DNA of 64,000 nt, from NCBI GenBank assembly GCA_021795465.1, contig JAJYPK010000003.1, positions 6,915-70,914 of the forward strand. The letters are read 5' to 3'. This document shows, piece by piece, positions 1 through 10,509 of this stretch. Within the stretch, counting starts at the first letter, position 1. Every line of letters begins with the position of its first letter. Source of the stretch: Bacillota bacterium. GTDB taxonomy: Bacteria; Bacillota; Sulfobacillia; Sulfobacillales; Sulfobacillaceae. A model generated the notes under the pieces. The model worked only from the letters and a program-made list of their open reading frames with translations, searched no databases and was not told where the DNA came from. The translations under genes and the position numbers were made by a program.

Positions 1-268
1 ATTACAATGTCGTGGCTTCAGACTGAAATGGCTGGCTTTGGGACCATGCTTGGGGTGAGTTTTGGAAACTGGTGCGAAGGGCATCCAGGATGGAGCCATC
101 CGATTGGCCTTCTGCATCGAACGACGAAGGCCAAACTGCCATAAACCACCAAGGAATTCAGGGGTCTATGCTTGCTATAAACGGCACCATTCCGATCAGA
201 CCTTGTCATGATCGTATCGCAGAACTTAAGCCTCCCCTGTGCGGGTGCCATTTTCATGGCTTACGGGG

Positions 269-1501
269 TTATGCGTCGGGCGTCATTTGGTTCGTTTCCG
301 ATCCGTATCGTTGCACTATTCGGACAGACGCCGCACCCAATATTGCAGCCACCATTCCTGTTACAGCAGTAAATGCCCACGCCGCGGAAATCCCTAACGA
401 ACCACGGAGATGAAGGTCGACTAGGGGCCCTATCGCCCAAGCTGCAGATCCACTCGCGCCAAAAGCACCCATATATGCACCTCGATTGCCGTCAGGAGCT
501 AGTGATGCGGCCATGCCCTGCGCCGCAGGGCTCCAAATCATCTCACCTACGGCAAAGAGGGTAATAACGAGGGCGATTGACCAACCGGTTCCCCTAAGAA
601 ATAGAAGGAGGAACGGTATCCCCATCAGAACTAATGCCCCGCTCAGCTTACGTTTCATCGACACCTTGCTGACGACCTTGGTAATTCGCGCCTGAAGAGC
701 GACGACCAGAAGGGGATCGATCATCGCAAGGATGCCCCATGAAGCGGGAGAAAGTCCATAGGAGGTCACCGTTGCGATAGGGAGCATGACTTCGTACGCT
801 ACATAGACAACAAATCCGGCAAAAGTTGACAACAATAACAACACAAAAGGGATGTCCCGTAGTAAGGTACGCAGATTGCCGTTTTCACGAAACACGACCA
901 AGCGGTTTAAATGATCGATAGGTAGGCGTGTAAATGCAACGAATGCCGAGATTAAACCCATGGCGGCGATCCCGAAGAAGAAGACGGCCCAGTCCCTGCC
1001 AACCAACGCTATTCCACCCAGGGGTGGTCCAATCACGTAACCGATGTTGCTAATAACCCTCAATGTTCCGTAGCCGGATTCCTGGCGCGATTCGGGAACC
1101 AAATCGCCGACCAAAGCATTTGTAGCCGCAAATCCGGGGCCCGATGCACCTCCCGCTATCACCACCATAATAATTCCAAAGATTAAGTGATGACCATCAA
1201 AACCAAGCGCGATGCTTGCTAATGATTCGGCCCCCCATGCGATACTGATAGCCCTCTTGCGACCCATGCGATCGGAGAGACGCCCTCCGAGATAGCCCGT
1301 TATCGCAGCCGCCAGCGCATCTAAGGCGTACATGATGCCTATAGTCGTAGAACTCGCATGCATCATTGAAGCGGCCCAAATCCCGATGAAACTCCAGAGT
1401 GCTGAAAACGCGACGGTACTGAGGAAAGAGACTAGCAACAGTGGACCCAAGGGTCGATCAATGTCCAAACCTAGCGTTACATTTAGAATGCGATATAACA
1501 A
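269..1501 (-). CDS. MFS transporter
   Basis: The 410-aa ORF is hydrophobic throughout. It carries an MFS motif-A-like sequence, GGRLSDRMGRKR, between predicted TM2 and TM3. Confidence 0.8.
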   Translation of the reverse strand: MLYRILNVTLGLDIDRPLGPLLLVSFLSTVAFSALWSFIGIWAASMMHASSTTIGIMYALDALAAAITGYLGGRLSDRMGRKRAISIAWGAESLASIALGFDGHHLIFGIIMVVIAGGASGPGFAATNALVGDLVPESRQESGYGTLRVISNIGYVIGPPLGGIALVGRDWAVFFFGIAAMGLISAFVAFTRLPIDHLNRLVVFRENGNLRTLLRDIPFVLLLLSTFAGFVVYVAYEVMLPIATVTSYGLSPASWGILAMIDPLLVVALQARITKVVSKVSMKRKLSGALVLMGIPFLLLFLRGTGWSIALVITLFAVGEMIWSPAAQGMAASLAPDGNRGAYMGAFGASGSAAWAIGPLVDLHLRGSLGISAAWAFTAVTGMVAAILGAASVRIVQRYGSETNQMTPDA

Positions 1502-1938
1502 ATGTAATCACCTCAGTGATTGGGAATATTATTGCAACCACAAAACCCTTAGCACGTGGCTAAGTCGAGATGTGAGAATAGGCGATGGGAGTCGAACACG
1601 AAAGATTGCGTTGTATGATGAGACGGTTTTGCCATGACGAGTATCATGCATTGTTTGCAACACCCCAAATCCTTGTGCAAAGTATACCAAATTTGGGATT
1701 AGGTCAGGTCCCGAGTATGGATTTGACCGGTGGTTGTCCGCGCAAAATGCGCGATAACGTAGGCAGAGCGAACTTGGAAATTCCCGCCTCGGCCTCGTAG
1801 AGGCCCGTGCGGGACAAGAGTTCATCCGATAGAGACCCACCCCAGGAAGGCCCTAAACATACCTCCGGTGACATGCATAACACCGTCCTTGACATGGGCA
1901 GACTTCGTCACAGGGCGGGTCATGTAGGAGGGGGTACT

Positions 1939-2577
1939 ATGGGACTACAACGCGTGGAGTGGTGGTGGGGCATTGCGCTGGCGTTAGTGCTAATGGTCAT
2001 CGTGATTCCGATGCGAACCTCGCTTGGTCAAGGTGTCCGGGAGTTTCGTGTGATCAGTTGGCAAGAAGAGTATCAGACGGATACCGGACATTTTTACCTA
2101 CGGATTAATGGGGCGGCGAGTCCCCCCATACGAATTGCCTTGGCAAAGACGCCGTTAAAGAACTTTAGCGATCATCGAGGGCTGACGTGGTTTACCCCAT
2201 CAGATATGCCTTCCGTGATTCATCGAGCTTTCATAATGCATCCGCATCAAGTCGAAAGTGCGTTAGGAACCCGTCATAATGTGTTTGCGATCGGTGCCAT
2301 GTTTCCCCGTCAGCCTGTGGCTTATACGCCACAATTCCTTTGGCGGTTAGCGGAGCTTCACCTTAATCCACGGGTTTGGGGAGGACCCAATGTGCCACCT
2401 AACGGTCAACAAACCCGGGTCTTACAGATAGACACCCGGGCGGATGCCAATACGCTACTCCAATGTCAGCCCGGTGAAATGCCTCCGGAATTGAAAGCCT
2501 GGGGAGAGTCTTTACGCAGAGGCCGCGCGTCGCTTAGCCCGGGCCACACCCATCTCGACCATGCCCATGGCGATTAA
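1939..2577 (+). CDS. Hypothetical membrane-anchored protein
   Basis: An internal ATG at 1939 follows a GTAGGAGGGGG Shine-Dalgarno sequence and opens with a hydrophobic anchor (WWWGIALALVLMVIVIP). I recognise no family. The 3' end overlaps the convergent ORF 2512-2889 by 66 nt. Confidence 0.45.
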   Translation: MGLQRVEWWWGIALALVLMVIVIPMRTSLGQGVREFRVISWQEEYQTDTGHFYLRINGAASPPIRIALAKTPLKNFSDHRGLTWFTPSDMPSVIHRAFIMHPHQVESALGTRHNVFAIGAMFPRQPVAYTPQFLWRLAELHLNPRVWGGPNVPPNGQQTRVLQIDTRADANTLLQCQPGEMPPELKAWGESLRRGRASLSPGHTHLDHAHGD

Positions 2578-2889
2578 CATCAAGACCAAATGGAGAATAC
2601 CGAGAAGATTCCCGGAAATGTTCATAAAGAGAGCAATCACGGCACCTACTAAGATCATAAACAACGCTGCCCAAAGAGGACCTGAAGCTCTGGGTGTCGT
2701 TTTACTGACTTTGGTGGCCAGCACCCATACCGATCCTAGAAAGAGAAGCCCAGCAATGATATGGGTGTCGACCAGCAATCGCGTCGACGGCCAAAATCCG
2801 AACATATCGCCGATCCCGAGCAAAAGTGCGAGCATAAATGCCGTGCGATAAAACATCGTAGAAAACTTAAGATTTTGCGATGGATTCAT
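2512..2889 (-). CDS. Small integral membrane protein (unknown function)
   Basis: The ORF is 125 aa with about four hydrophobic segments. It lies immediately downstream of menA on the same strand. Confidence 0.5.
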   Translation of the reverse strand: MNPSQNLKFSTMFYRTAFMLALLLGIGDMFGFWPSTRLLVDTHIIAGLLFLGSVWVLATKVSKTTPRASGPLWAALFMILVGAVIALFMNISGNLLGILHLVLMLIAMGMVEMGVARAKRRAASA

Positions 2890-2930
2890 GGGATGGCACC
2901 GAACCTTTCTTCTTGGTGTATTTTACCACG

Positions 2931-3812
2931 TCAACGCGTGGGACCACCCAAAATAATTCCTATAGTTAACAGGAATCCGAAAGCTAAGTGCAAGCGGCCC
3001 ATAACGGGCACCGCGCGGTCCAGAAATTCAGGCTGCCGAAGCTTTCGATAGGTTTGCATGCCGATGGGCAACGCCAACCAGATTAAGAGGGTTGGCAACG
3101 GCAATTGGCGAAGCAAGACAGCACCCGTGATCCATCCCAGGATCACCAAAAGTATGCCGATTAATACGCGAAAACCTCCGGCTACTCCCAACACAATCGG
3201 AAGGGTATGGCGACCATGTCGAGCATCTTTAGCGTGGTCTCGTAAATTATTGGCTAATAAAATGCTGGCAACCGACAGACCCACCGGGATCGATATGATC
3301 CATGCCTCAGGGGTCATGGTGCCAGATGTCGCGAACATGGTGGACCATATCTCTAAGGGACCCATAATCATCATGACCATAAGTTCCCCGAGCGGTGTCG
3401 ATGAGACCGGGCGTGGTCCACCGGTGTATAGAAATCCACCTAAAATGGCTAAGAGACCCATGACTAACAACAGCTCACCGCGGTAGGCGACTAACATGAG
3501 ACCAAGAAGTAAAGATAGGGCATATCCAATAATGGCGGTGCAAAGCACAACAGACGGCTTGACTTCGCCCGAGACGATAATGCCGCCAATTCCTAAGGAC
3601 TCGATATTGTCCTCGCCCCGCCGCCAGTCAAAATATTCATTCAGCATATTGGCTCCGATCTGCATGATGAAGGCAATCGCTAGAATATCCAGCCAACACC
3701 ACCACACCCAGTGCCCGGTCGTCCAAGCAATGGCCCCGCCTGTGAAAAGCGGAACCACAGTGGCGGTGAGGGTTGGCGGTCGCGCTACTCTTAAGAATTG
3801 TCGTAAATTCAC
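2931..3812 (-). CDS. menA: 1,4-dihydroxy-2-naphthoate polyprenyltransferase (UbiA family)
   Basis: The 293-aa protein is polytopic and carries the UbiA-type motif NMLNEYFDWRRGED. It sits in a men operon. Confidence 0.85.
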   Translation of the reverse strand: MNLRQFLRVARPPTLTATVVPLFTGGAIAWTTGHWVWWCWLDILAIAFIMQIGANMLNEYFDWRRGEDNIESLGIGGIIVSGEVKPSVVLCTAIIGYALSLLLGLMLVAYRGELLLVMGLLAILGGFLYTGGPRPVSSTPLGELMVMMIMGPLEIWSTMFATSGTMTPEAWIISIPVGLSVASILLANNLRDHAKDARHGRHTLPIVLGVAGGFRVLIGILLVILGWITGAVLLRQLPLPTLLIWLALPIGMQTYRKLRQPEFLDRAVPVMGRLHLAFGFLLTIGIILGGPTR

Positions 3813-3828
3813 TAATGTAAGCCTCTTT

Positions 3829-5304
3829 CTAGTCAGGGAGTGGAACCCATACGTGGGATTCTATCTGATTTCGGACATGGCGGCGCTGTATCTTGCCGCT
3901 AGGAGTCCGGGGTAGAGCGTCAACGTGAAAGTAGACAGTAGGAATTTTATAGCGAGCAAGTCGTCTCTGCAAGAAGTTTGTCAGTGTTTGCCGATTTATC
4001 GGCGAGGGCGACACAAGAACGGCGCCGACCACTTCTCCCCATTCTCTATCGGGGATTCCCACCACCGCGACGTCTTGGACCCCTGGGTATCCCATAATAG
4101 CGTGTTCAACCTCTGTGGGTGAGATGTTTTCTCCGCCTCGAATAATAAGATCGCCCAAACGGTCAATCACCGTAAGCCAACCCTGCTTGGACATCCGCCC
4201 AAAGTCGTGGGTGCGAAGCCAGCCATCCGAAGTGAAGGCACGAGCCGATGCATCCGGATTGTTCCAATACCCGGCGAAGACCGTGGGCCCATTGACTAAA
4301 ATTTCACCCGGGTGTTCTGGGGGAACTTCGCACTGAGAGTCATCCACGATGCGTATTTGAGTCGGGAATATGGGGCGTCCAGAACTTCCGGGCTCTTCGT
4401 CGACTTGATGCAAGAGACCAGTGACTACCTGCGAGCAGGTTTCGGTTAACCCATAGGTCGGAACGACCGGAAGACCGCGGTCACGACTCTGCGTGATTAA
4501 GTCGGGTGACGAGGGAGCGCCTCCCAGGAGTATTATCCGTAAAGACGGAACATCTTCATGGTTGATGCCGTCTTCTAAAAGACGCCAAAGCATCGTGGGC
4601 ACCCATGAAGTGAGGCTTACCCTGCCTGTACGAAGGACGTCACGTGTCGTCGCGACAGAAAATGGCACGCGGATCCGAATGCTACTCCCATGAATGACGC
4701 TGCGAAAAATAATGGAAAGCCCGGAGACGTGGAATAGGGGCATGACAAAGAGCCAGCAATCGTCGGGGTGAATTCCCATATGCAGACCCCCAAAGAGTGC
4801 GCTCCAAAAGAAGTTGCCGACCCGAATTTGGGCCGCCTTAGGCACTCCAGTGGTCCCCGAGGTATAAACCAGGACCGCAATCCGATGGAGATCTATGGGT
4901 TCAGGGCTGCGGTCGCGCGGGGAATCGACGGGTAAATCGTCAAGCGCAGTGGCGTTAGGGACGGGAATGCGAGCACTCCCGTCCGATACCACGAGCACGG
5001 GTGCAGAGTCGGTTATGCGGGCATGGAAATCGTCCTCGGTCAAATTCGGATCTAACGGAACCAGGATGGCTCGTTGCCGCATGACGGCATGAATAAAGGC
5101 GAGTGAGGCTACATGAGGGCGCGCTACCAGCACCACCCGATCTCCTGGAGCAATTTCCCGAGCGATAAGCCCGGCCTGGTAGCGCCAAGCCTCCTCGTCG
5201 AGCGATTGAAAAGAGACCTGGCGTACCCCATCATCGATGGCCAATTGCGTGGGCCGGGTGTCTGTTTGATGTTGAAGCCAGTCGGGAACGGTGCGAATGT
5301 TCAT
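3829..5304 (-). CDS. menE: o-succinylbenzoate-CoA ligase (AMP-dependent ligase)
   Basis: The AMP-binding motif [11 protein letters not shown] and a C-terminal PRTPSGKI are present. The gene lies between menB and menA. Confidence 0.8.
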   Translation of the reverse strand: MNIRTVPDWLQHQTDTRPTQLAIDDGVRQVSFQSLDEEAWRYQAGLIAREIAPGDRVVLVARPHVASLAFIHAVMRQRAILVPLDPNLTEDDFHARITDSAPVLVVSDGSARIPVPNATALDDLPVDSPRDRSPEPIDLHRIAVLVYTSGTTGVPKAAQIRVGNFFWSALFGGLHMGIHPDDCWLFVMPLFHVSGLSIIFRSVIHGSSIRIRVPFSVATTRDVLRTGRVSLTSWVPTMLWRLLEDGINHEDVPSLRIILLGGAPSSPDLITQSRDRGLPVVPTYGLTETCSQVVTGLLHQVDEEPGSSGRPIFPTQIRIVDDSQCEVPPEHPGEILVNGPTVFAGYWNNPDASARAFTSDGWLRTHDFGRMSKQGWLTVIDRLGDLIIRGGENISPTEVEHAIMGYPGVQDVAVVGIPDREWGEVVGAVLVSPSPINRQTLTNFLQRRLARYKIPTVYFHVDALPRTPSGKIQRRHVRNQIESHVWVPLPD

Positions 5305-6131
5305 GGCAATCGGGGGAATTTTTTAAAGTCTGGAGTCCGCTTTTCCAGATAGGCGTTCTTGCCCTCTTTGGCCTCTTCGGTCATGTAGTAGAGCATGGTG
5401 GCGTTACCGGCTAATTCTTGGATGCCCGCTAAGCCATCGGTGTCCGCATTGAATGCTGACTTCAAAAATCTTAGAGCAATGGGGCTCTTGGCCAGGATTT
5501 CTTGGGCCCACTCTACGGTGGTTGCTTCCAAATTCTCCAGCGGCACCACGGTATTGACTAACCCCATATCCAAGGCTTCCGTTGCGTTGTATTGCCGACA
5601 CAGATACCAAATCTCGCGCGCCTTTTTATGTCCGACGATGCGTGCTAATAAGGTAGACCCGTACCCAGCATCAAAGCTGCCAACCTTCGGACCGGTTTGC
5701 CCGAAAATCGCATTGTCGGCCGCGATGGTCAAATCGCAGACCACATGTAAAACATGGCCGCCACCAATGGCATAGCCTGCCACCATGGCGATGACCGGTT
5801 TCGGAAGACTTCGAATTTGTTTTTGCAAGTCCAGCACATTCAAGCGGGGTACCCCATTGGGGTCGATGTAGCCGCCTTCTCCCCGTATTCGCTGATCTCC
5901 CCCGGAACAAAATGCCTTGTCACCCATCCCGGTTAAGATGGCGACGCCGATGTTCGGATTATCTCGCACCCAGTTAAAAGCATCGCTCAATTCGAATAAC
6001 GTTTCGGGTCGAAAGGCATTCCGTACCTCGGGGCGATTAATGGTAATTTTGGCCATGCCGTCGTGTTCCTCCAACAAAATGTCCTGATATTTCTTGGTTT
6101 CGGTCCATGTGATTCCTGATGAGTTTCGCAT
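5301..6131 (-). CDS. menB: 1,4-dihydroxy-2-naphthoyl-CoA synthase (crotonase family)
   Basis: The 276-aa protein has a crotonase fold (FCSGGDQ...GGY). Its length and N-terminus ([26 protein letters not shown]) are typical of MenB. Confidence 0.9.
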   Translation of the reverse strand: MRNSSGITWTETKKYQDILLEEHDGMAKITINRPEVRNAFRPETLFELSDAFNWVRDNPNIGVAILTGMGDKAFCSGGDQRIRGEGGYIDPNGVPRLNVLDLQKQIRSLPKPVIAMVAGYAIGGGHVLHVVCDLTIAADNAIFGQTGPKVGSFDAGYGSTLLARIVGHKKAREIWYLCRQYNATEALDMGLVNTVVPLENLEATTVEWAQEILAKSPIALRFLKSAFNADTDGLAGIQELAGNATMLYYMTEEAKEGKNAYLEKRTPDFKKFPRLP

Positions 6132-6152
6132 CGATGAGTCATCCTTTCTGTA

Positions 6153-6995
6153 TCAGAGATAGTTTTGTTCGCTAAAAAATCGGGAGACAATTTGGTCAAA
6201 CTGGTCTGGTTTTTCTAAATGGACATTGTGCCCAGCGCCGTTCACCGACACCCATTGACTTTCGGGCAGTGCCTCATGCATGGCGCGGGCAATATGTCGG
6301 TATTTTGTATCTTCGGCTCCGGTGACCATAAGGACCGGGACCTTGATGGTTGATAGTGCGGGCCACAAAGACTCCTGGGTACCTGTGCCCGCCCCCCGAA
6401 GGCTCTGTGCGAGTCCCCATGCACTGTGCGCGCGGCGCTCATTCTCGAGTGATTGGCGGCGAGGCTCCGAAAGCGTCGCTTGCGAGGCGAAAAGTGGGAG
6501 ACTCCGCCAATATCGAATAAACCAATCGAGTCCATGAGCCTCAATCTTATCGGCGAGGACCATGTCTTGTTGACGCCGCAAGGCACGCTCTTTAGGGTCG
6601 TCTATGCCTGGAGAGGCGCTTTCCAATACGACACATTGAAGCTCTACCGGGGTGTTGCGCATCATATGGCAGGCAATGCGCCCTCCAAATGAGTAGCCCA
6701 GCAGGAGCCACGGTTGGGCTGACAGGAAACTCATGAGGTGAGTTAGCGCCTCGGCCGTTTTGGCCACGGAGAGTTCCTCTGGCACCGGAGGAGCTTTGGA
6801 GGCCCCGTGGCCCGGAAGATCTGGGGCAACAACCCAAAAGTGAGAAGTCCAGACATCAGCCAGACTCTTCCATCCTAAGCTTGTACCTGTGAATCCATGT
6901 AGAAGGACGAGTGGGGGCTTTGACCGATCACCCCAGGTGCGATACCCGATCCTTAGCTTTTGATACCGGAAGTACTGGAGCCTCGTCATGGTCAT
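6153..6995 (-). CDS. menH: SHCHC synthase-type alpha/beta hydrolase
   Basis: The protein has an alpha/beta-hydrolase fold with a GYSFGG nucleophile elbow. It lies between menD and menB. Confidence 0.75.
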   Translation of the reverse strand: MTMTRLQYFRYQKLRIGYRTWGDRSKPPLVLLHGFTGTSLGWKSLADVWTSHFWVVAPDLPGHGASKAPPVPEELSVAKTAEALTHLMSFLSAQPWLLLGYSFGGRIACHMMRNTPVELQCVVLESASPGIDDPKERALRRQQDMVLADKIEAHGLDWFIRYWRSLPLFASQATLSEPRRQSLENERRAHSAWGLAQSLRGAGTGTQESLWPALSTIKVPVLMVTGAEDTKYRHIARAMHEALPESQWVSVNGAGHNVHLEKPDQFDQIVSRFFSEQNYL

Positions 6996-8794
6996 GGTAG
7001 ACGCATTCCGTGCACGATTGCTTGATGGGCCTCTCGATTAGCATCGCGTGATACAGTCTGCCATTCGATAATCCGGAGCCCGGGCAGGGGACCGAATCGT
7101 CTCATGGCATGACCCAATTCTCCGACGCTAGTAACCCGCTCATAGGCCCCCTGGTAGAGAGACGCGACATGGCGAAAATCTAGCGAAATGGGGGTCCCGA
7201 AATACGATTCAAATGTCTCTTCAGACAAAGCTTCGTGCTGCGGAAGAAACGAGAAAATTCCTCCTCCTTGATTATTAATGACGATGATTAAGGCGTTAAG
7301 GTGTAACCGCGACGCGGCTAAAAGCCCGTTCATGTCATGATAAAACGCGAGGTCCCCTATGATCAAGGTGACATCTCCGTAGTGTGCCGCCAATCCTAAC
7401 GCCGTCGAGGTCACTCCGTCAATACCGTTAGCTCCGCGATTCGCGAAGAATCGGAGATGGGAAGGGCTCTCTAGGGAAAAGGTGTCAAGGTCCCGAATCG
7501 GCATGCTGTTGCTGACCATGACGGGGTGGATAGAAGGCCCTAACGGAGTGAGCCAGTGTCCTAGGTGGAAAAATAGCTGCGGTTCGTAGCCTGTACCCAG
7601 GGCCTCTATCGTGCCTTCAAGATGTCCTCTTACCGCTTGTTCTGCATGCTGCCAAGAGGATATCCATGAGGTGTCAACGTGATACGTGTCTGGGGGGTTA
7701 GCAAGTGTCGCAAGTGCCGTCCCTACATCTCCTCCCACAACGAGTAAATCTTGTGCATTGGGGTCTCGGCCTTCTTCGCTGGGATCAAGGTACACCCCGG
7801 GGAGACCGACCATCAATTGATTCAGGGCTTTGGATGTCGGGATGGCCCCAATGCGTAGCACCGCATCCGGTGTGGGAGTTTTTTGAGTCCGCAAGATGAG
7901 GTCATACGCGGTAATAATCGGAGAATTCCCATGGCGTAAGTTGCTGAGTGGATCGGCCAAAATGGGCCATCCCCAACTGTGCGCCCAGTGCACTAAACGC
8001 GATTCGATGCTGTCAGATGAACCTGGTCCGGCAACGACGATGCCGCGAGGGAACTGGCCTAAATACGTCTTAGCCTGACGAAAACATTGGTTTGAGATCT
8101 GAGTTTCTGGGATGATCAAGGGCAATGCTGGCGGTCCGTCAGGCACCCGCTCCCAATCCGGTAGGAGCGGTTCACGTAGCGGAAGATTCAGATGCACAGG
8201 TCCTGTCACCGGGGATTGCGCCAGTCGGACCGCATGCAAAACTTGATTGCGAACATATCGGATCACCGCAGGTAACGGCTCTGGGCTTGGCAAGTCGATG
8301 AAGTAGCGGACGTGCGTCCCGTAGAGTTTCACTTGGTCGATGGTTTGGCTGGCACCAACCCCACGCAGTTCTCGGGGACGGTCTGCGGTGAGGACGATCA
8401 ATGGTACGCGGTCGAACGACGCCTCGACCACGGCGGGAAAGAAATTGGCCGCTGCGGTCCCCGAAGTAGAGACCAAGACGATGGGTTGGCGCCTGGCCCG
8501 CGCTAGACCCAAGGCATAAAATCCGGCGGATCGTTCATCCACTAAGACATCCAGGTGAATTGCTGGAGTGCGATCGAGAGCAAGCACCAAGGGCGTGGAA
8601 CGAGATCCCGGACAGACGACTGCTCGGGTGATACCCACTCGTTGAAGTTGGCGCGTTATCGTGTCTAAATACCACGCGAGTGCATCTGGCTCTATAGCGG
8701 GTCCTCGACCCCCATGGCCTGAAGCATGGACTGAATTTTCCACTGAGACTCCACCCACTCCTCTTCCGGTCGGGACTGCCCCATGATGCCGCAA
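6992..8794 (-). CDS. menD: SEPHCHC synthase (ThDP-dependent)
   Basis: The motifs VVCPGSRSTPL and GDLAFYHDMNGL (ThDP binding) are present. The ORF's first ATG overlaps menF by about 100 nt. A GTG at 8743 behind GGTGGAG may be the real start. Confidence 0.88.
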   Translation of the reverse strand: MRHHGAVPTGRGVGGVSVENSVHASGHGGRGPAIEPDALAWYLDTITRQLQRVGITRAVVCPGSRSTPLVLALDRTPAIHLDVLVDERSAGFYALGLARARRQPIVLVSTSGTAAANFFPAVVEASFDRVPLIVLTADRPRELRGVGASQTIDQVKLYGTHVRYFIDLPSPEPLPAVIRYVRNQVLHAVRLAQSPVTGPVHLNLPLREPLLPDWERVPDGPPALPLIIPETQISNQCFRQAKTYLGQFPRGIVVAGPGSSDSIESRLVHWAHSWGWPILADPLSNLRHGNSPIITAYDLILRTQKTPTPDAVLRIGAIPTSKALNQLMVGLPGVYLDPSEEGRDPNAQDLLVVGGDVGTALATLANPPDTYHVDTSWISSWQHAEQAVRGHLEGTIEALGTGYEPQLFFHLGHWLTPLGPSIHPVMVSNSMPIRDLDTFSLESPSHLRFFANRGANGIDGVTSTALGLAAHYGDVTLIIGDLAFYHDMNGLLAASRLHLNALIIVINNQGGGIFSFLPQHEALSEETFESYFGTPISLDFRHVASLYQGAYERVTSVGELGHAMRRFGPLPGLRIIEWQTVSRDANREAHQAIVHGMRLP

Positions 8795-10077
8795 CCACCA
8801 AATAGTGTAGCTTCGGATCCATCAACTAAGGCCGATCGCAATGCCACTAATAATTTTCCGTCGCCATTGAGTGCCACGTGTCCAACGATGCCTGCATACC
8901 AACCCCGATCGAAAGGCTCGTGGTCAAGAATCCAATCGACTGCGGGGGCTACGGGATAACCGCCTACCGCGGGTGTCGGTCCTAGACTCTCGGCGAGGTC
9001 CCATACATTAGAGTCTGGTCGGAGCTTGGCATGTATGGGTGTATAAAGGTGTTGGACGGTGGGTAGTCGTTTAATGGCTGGTTTTATTGGGGCATCGATA
9101 TTTCTGCTGGCGGAGGCCATCACGCTTAAGATGTGATGCTTAACCGCTTCGTGCTCTTCGAGATTTTTCTGGTGCGTTTGGAGTCCTTGGGCCAAAAGAT
9201 GGTCTTGGTGCGGTGTGGCGCCTCGGGGTGCCGAACCTGCTAAAGCCATCGTGAACACATCTTGATCGTGGGCGGCCAACAGCAACTCGGGCGTAGCACC
9301 GAGAAATGTCCGGGATTGCATGCGAAGTGCGAACACATAAGCATCGGGATTCGCGTTTACCAAGTGATCCAAAATGGCTGAGACCGATAATGGAGCGGAA
9401 AATCGCGTGGATACCGCGCGGGCTAAGACCACTTTGGTCAATGCGCGGGACTCTATGCTGTGCACAGCGGATGCCACCAAACGACACCATTCGTCATGGG
9501 TCGGGGTACTTCGATATTCGGAAATGGTCGGATTCAGATGAGCCCCGCGTTGAGGGTCAGGCACCATTATTTGCTCGATCAGGTTCTGGTAATAGGATAT
9601 CAGGGGGGCTATGGGTACGGTGGCGTCGACCCGGGCCACCAAAGTGGTTTTGAGGTGATCCGCGTCAGTTTCGACTAATAGTGCCGGTAACGTCCACGAC
9701 ATCCGTGGGAACGCGGCCCAAGGGTCGCGGCCCGCCGTGTCGTCCAAGGAGAACGCCACGCCACCAGCGACACGAAGCCTGGGATCGAGGTTTTCCACGG
9801 TCGTCAGCCTCATCCATTGACGTTTCCATGAGGTCCACGCATCTGGACCACTGTAGTTCCAACGCTGGGAGACCCCAATCCCCAAAGCCGACCCGCTGGC
9901 TTCGTGAAACATCCAAGCGTCCGGGAAATGGCCCACGAGGTCGAGTAGACTTTGGCGCGGAAGTTCCAGTCGTTCGACCAGCCAGAGCGGCTTTCTTAAT
10001 CGCTCTGAATTGCGCCATGACTCCTCAAATTGTCCCCTGATATGAGTGCTGACGTTGTCAACTGAATGCATGTTCAT
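8692..10077 (-). CDS. menF: Isochorismate synthase
   Basis: The chorismate-binding enzyme C-terminal motifs (GATPELLL, PTPAVGG, DRGWYAG) are present. It is the first gene of the men operon. Confidence 0.88.
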   Translation of the reverse strand: MNMHSVDNVSTHIRGQFEESWRNSERLRKPLWLVERLELPRQSLLDLVGHFPDAWMFHEASGSALGIGVSQRWNYSGPDAWTSWKRQWMRLTTVENLDPRLRVAGGVAFSLDDTAGRDPWAAFPRMSWTLPALLVETDADHLKTTLVARVDATVPIAPLISYYQNLIEQIMVPDPQRGAHLNPTISEYRSTPTHDEWCRLVASAVHSIESRALTKVVLARAVSTRFSAPLSVSAILDHLVNANPDAYVFALRMQSRTFLGATPELLLAAHDQDVFTMALAGSAPRGATPHQDHLLAQGLQTHQKNLEEHEAVKHHILSVMASASRNIDAPIKPAIKRLPTVQHLYTPIHAKLRPDSNVWDLAESLGPTPAVGGYPVAPAVDWILDHEPFDRGWYAGIVGHVALNGDGKLLVALRSALVDGSEATLFGGCGIMGQSRPEEEWVESQWKIQSMLQAMGVEDPL

Positions 10078-10509
10078 ATTGTCATCATAAAAGGCCCTCT
10101 AGAAGAAATCAATGGGGATTAATGCGTTGCGTGATAGCTTTTCCCCAAAGCCGGACCCGACATCCAAGATTCGTGGGGACATGCGCCATGACCCAGGTTG
10201 TTGATGGCAATGGATGGAGATTAGGGCGTCAAGAACCGTCGACTGTACCATACTGGCACCAGGTTCATCAAAATCCAGCACGGCGGATGCCTCGGCTTTT
10301 AGGCCGGGAAGAAGCCGCGCTTTTTCCAGGTTGTGAGTTATGATAGAACTAGTGAATGGTTGGAGGTGTGTGCGCGATGGAACTCACCCTGACCGCCGAA
10401 GTACTATGATATGGCCGGAGCACGCGGCGTTGCTGGAGCATACCCTCGAGGCCTATCGCCAGGGTGCAGGTGGGATGTCCGGCACCGTCGCATACATGGA
10501 GGGACTTCT

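Noticed and set aside
1-413. Several ORFs lie at the left edge. They are 18-257 (minus), 72-413 (plus), a plus-frame stretch ending at TAA 145-147 (..MAGFGTMLGVSFGNWCEGHPGW..), and a 46-aa minus-frame ORF ending near position 2.
   Set aside because: They are mutually exclusive. None has a Shine-Dalgarno sequence or a recognisable motif, and 72-413 is antisense to the MFS gene. I cannot decide which, if any, is real without sequence to the left of the window.
2512-2577. The hypothetical gene (plus strand) and the small membrane protein gene (minus strand) overlap convergently by 66 nt.
   Set aside because: The overlap is probably caused by uncertainty in which of the two weakly supported ORFs is real or where they end. 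This is not enough evidence for antisense regulation.
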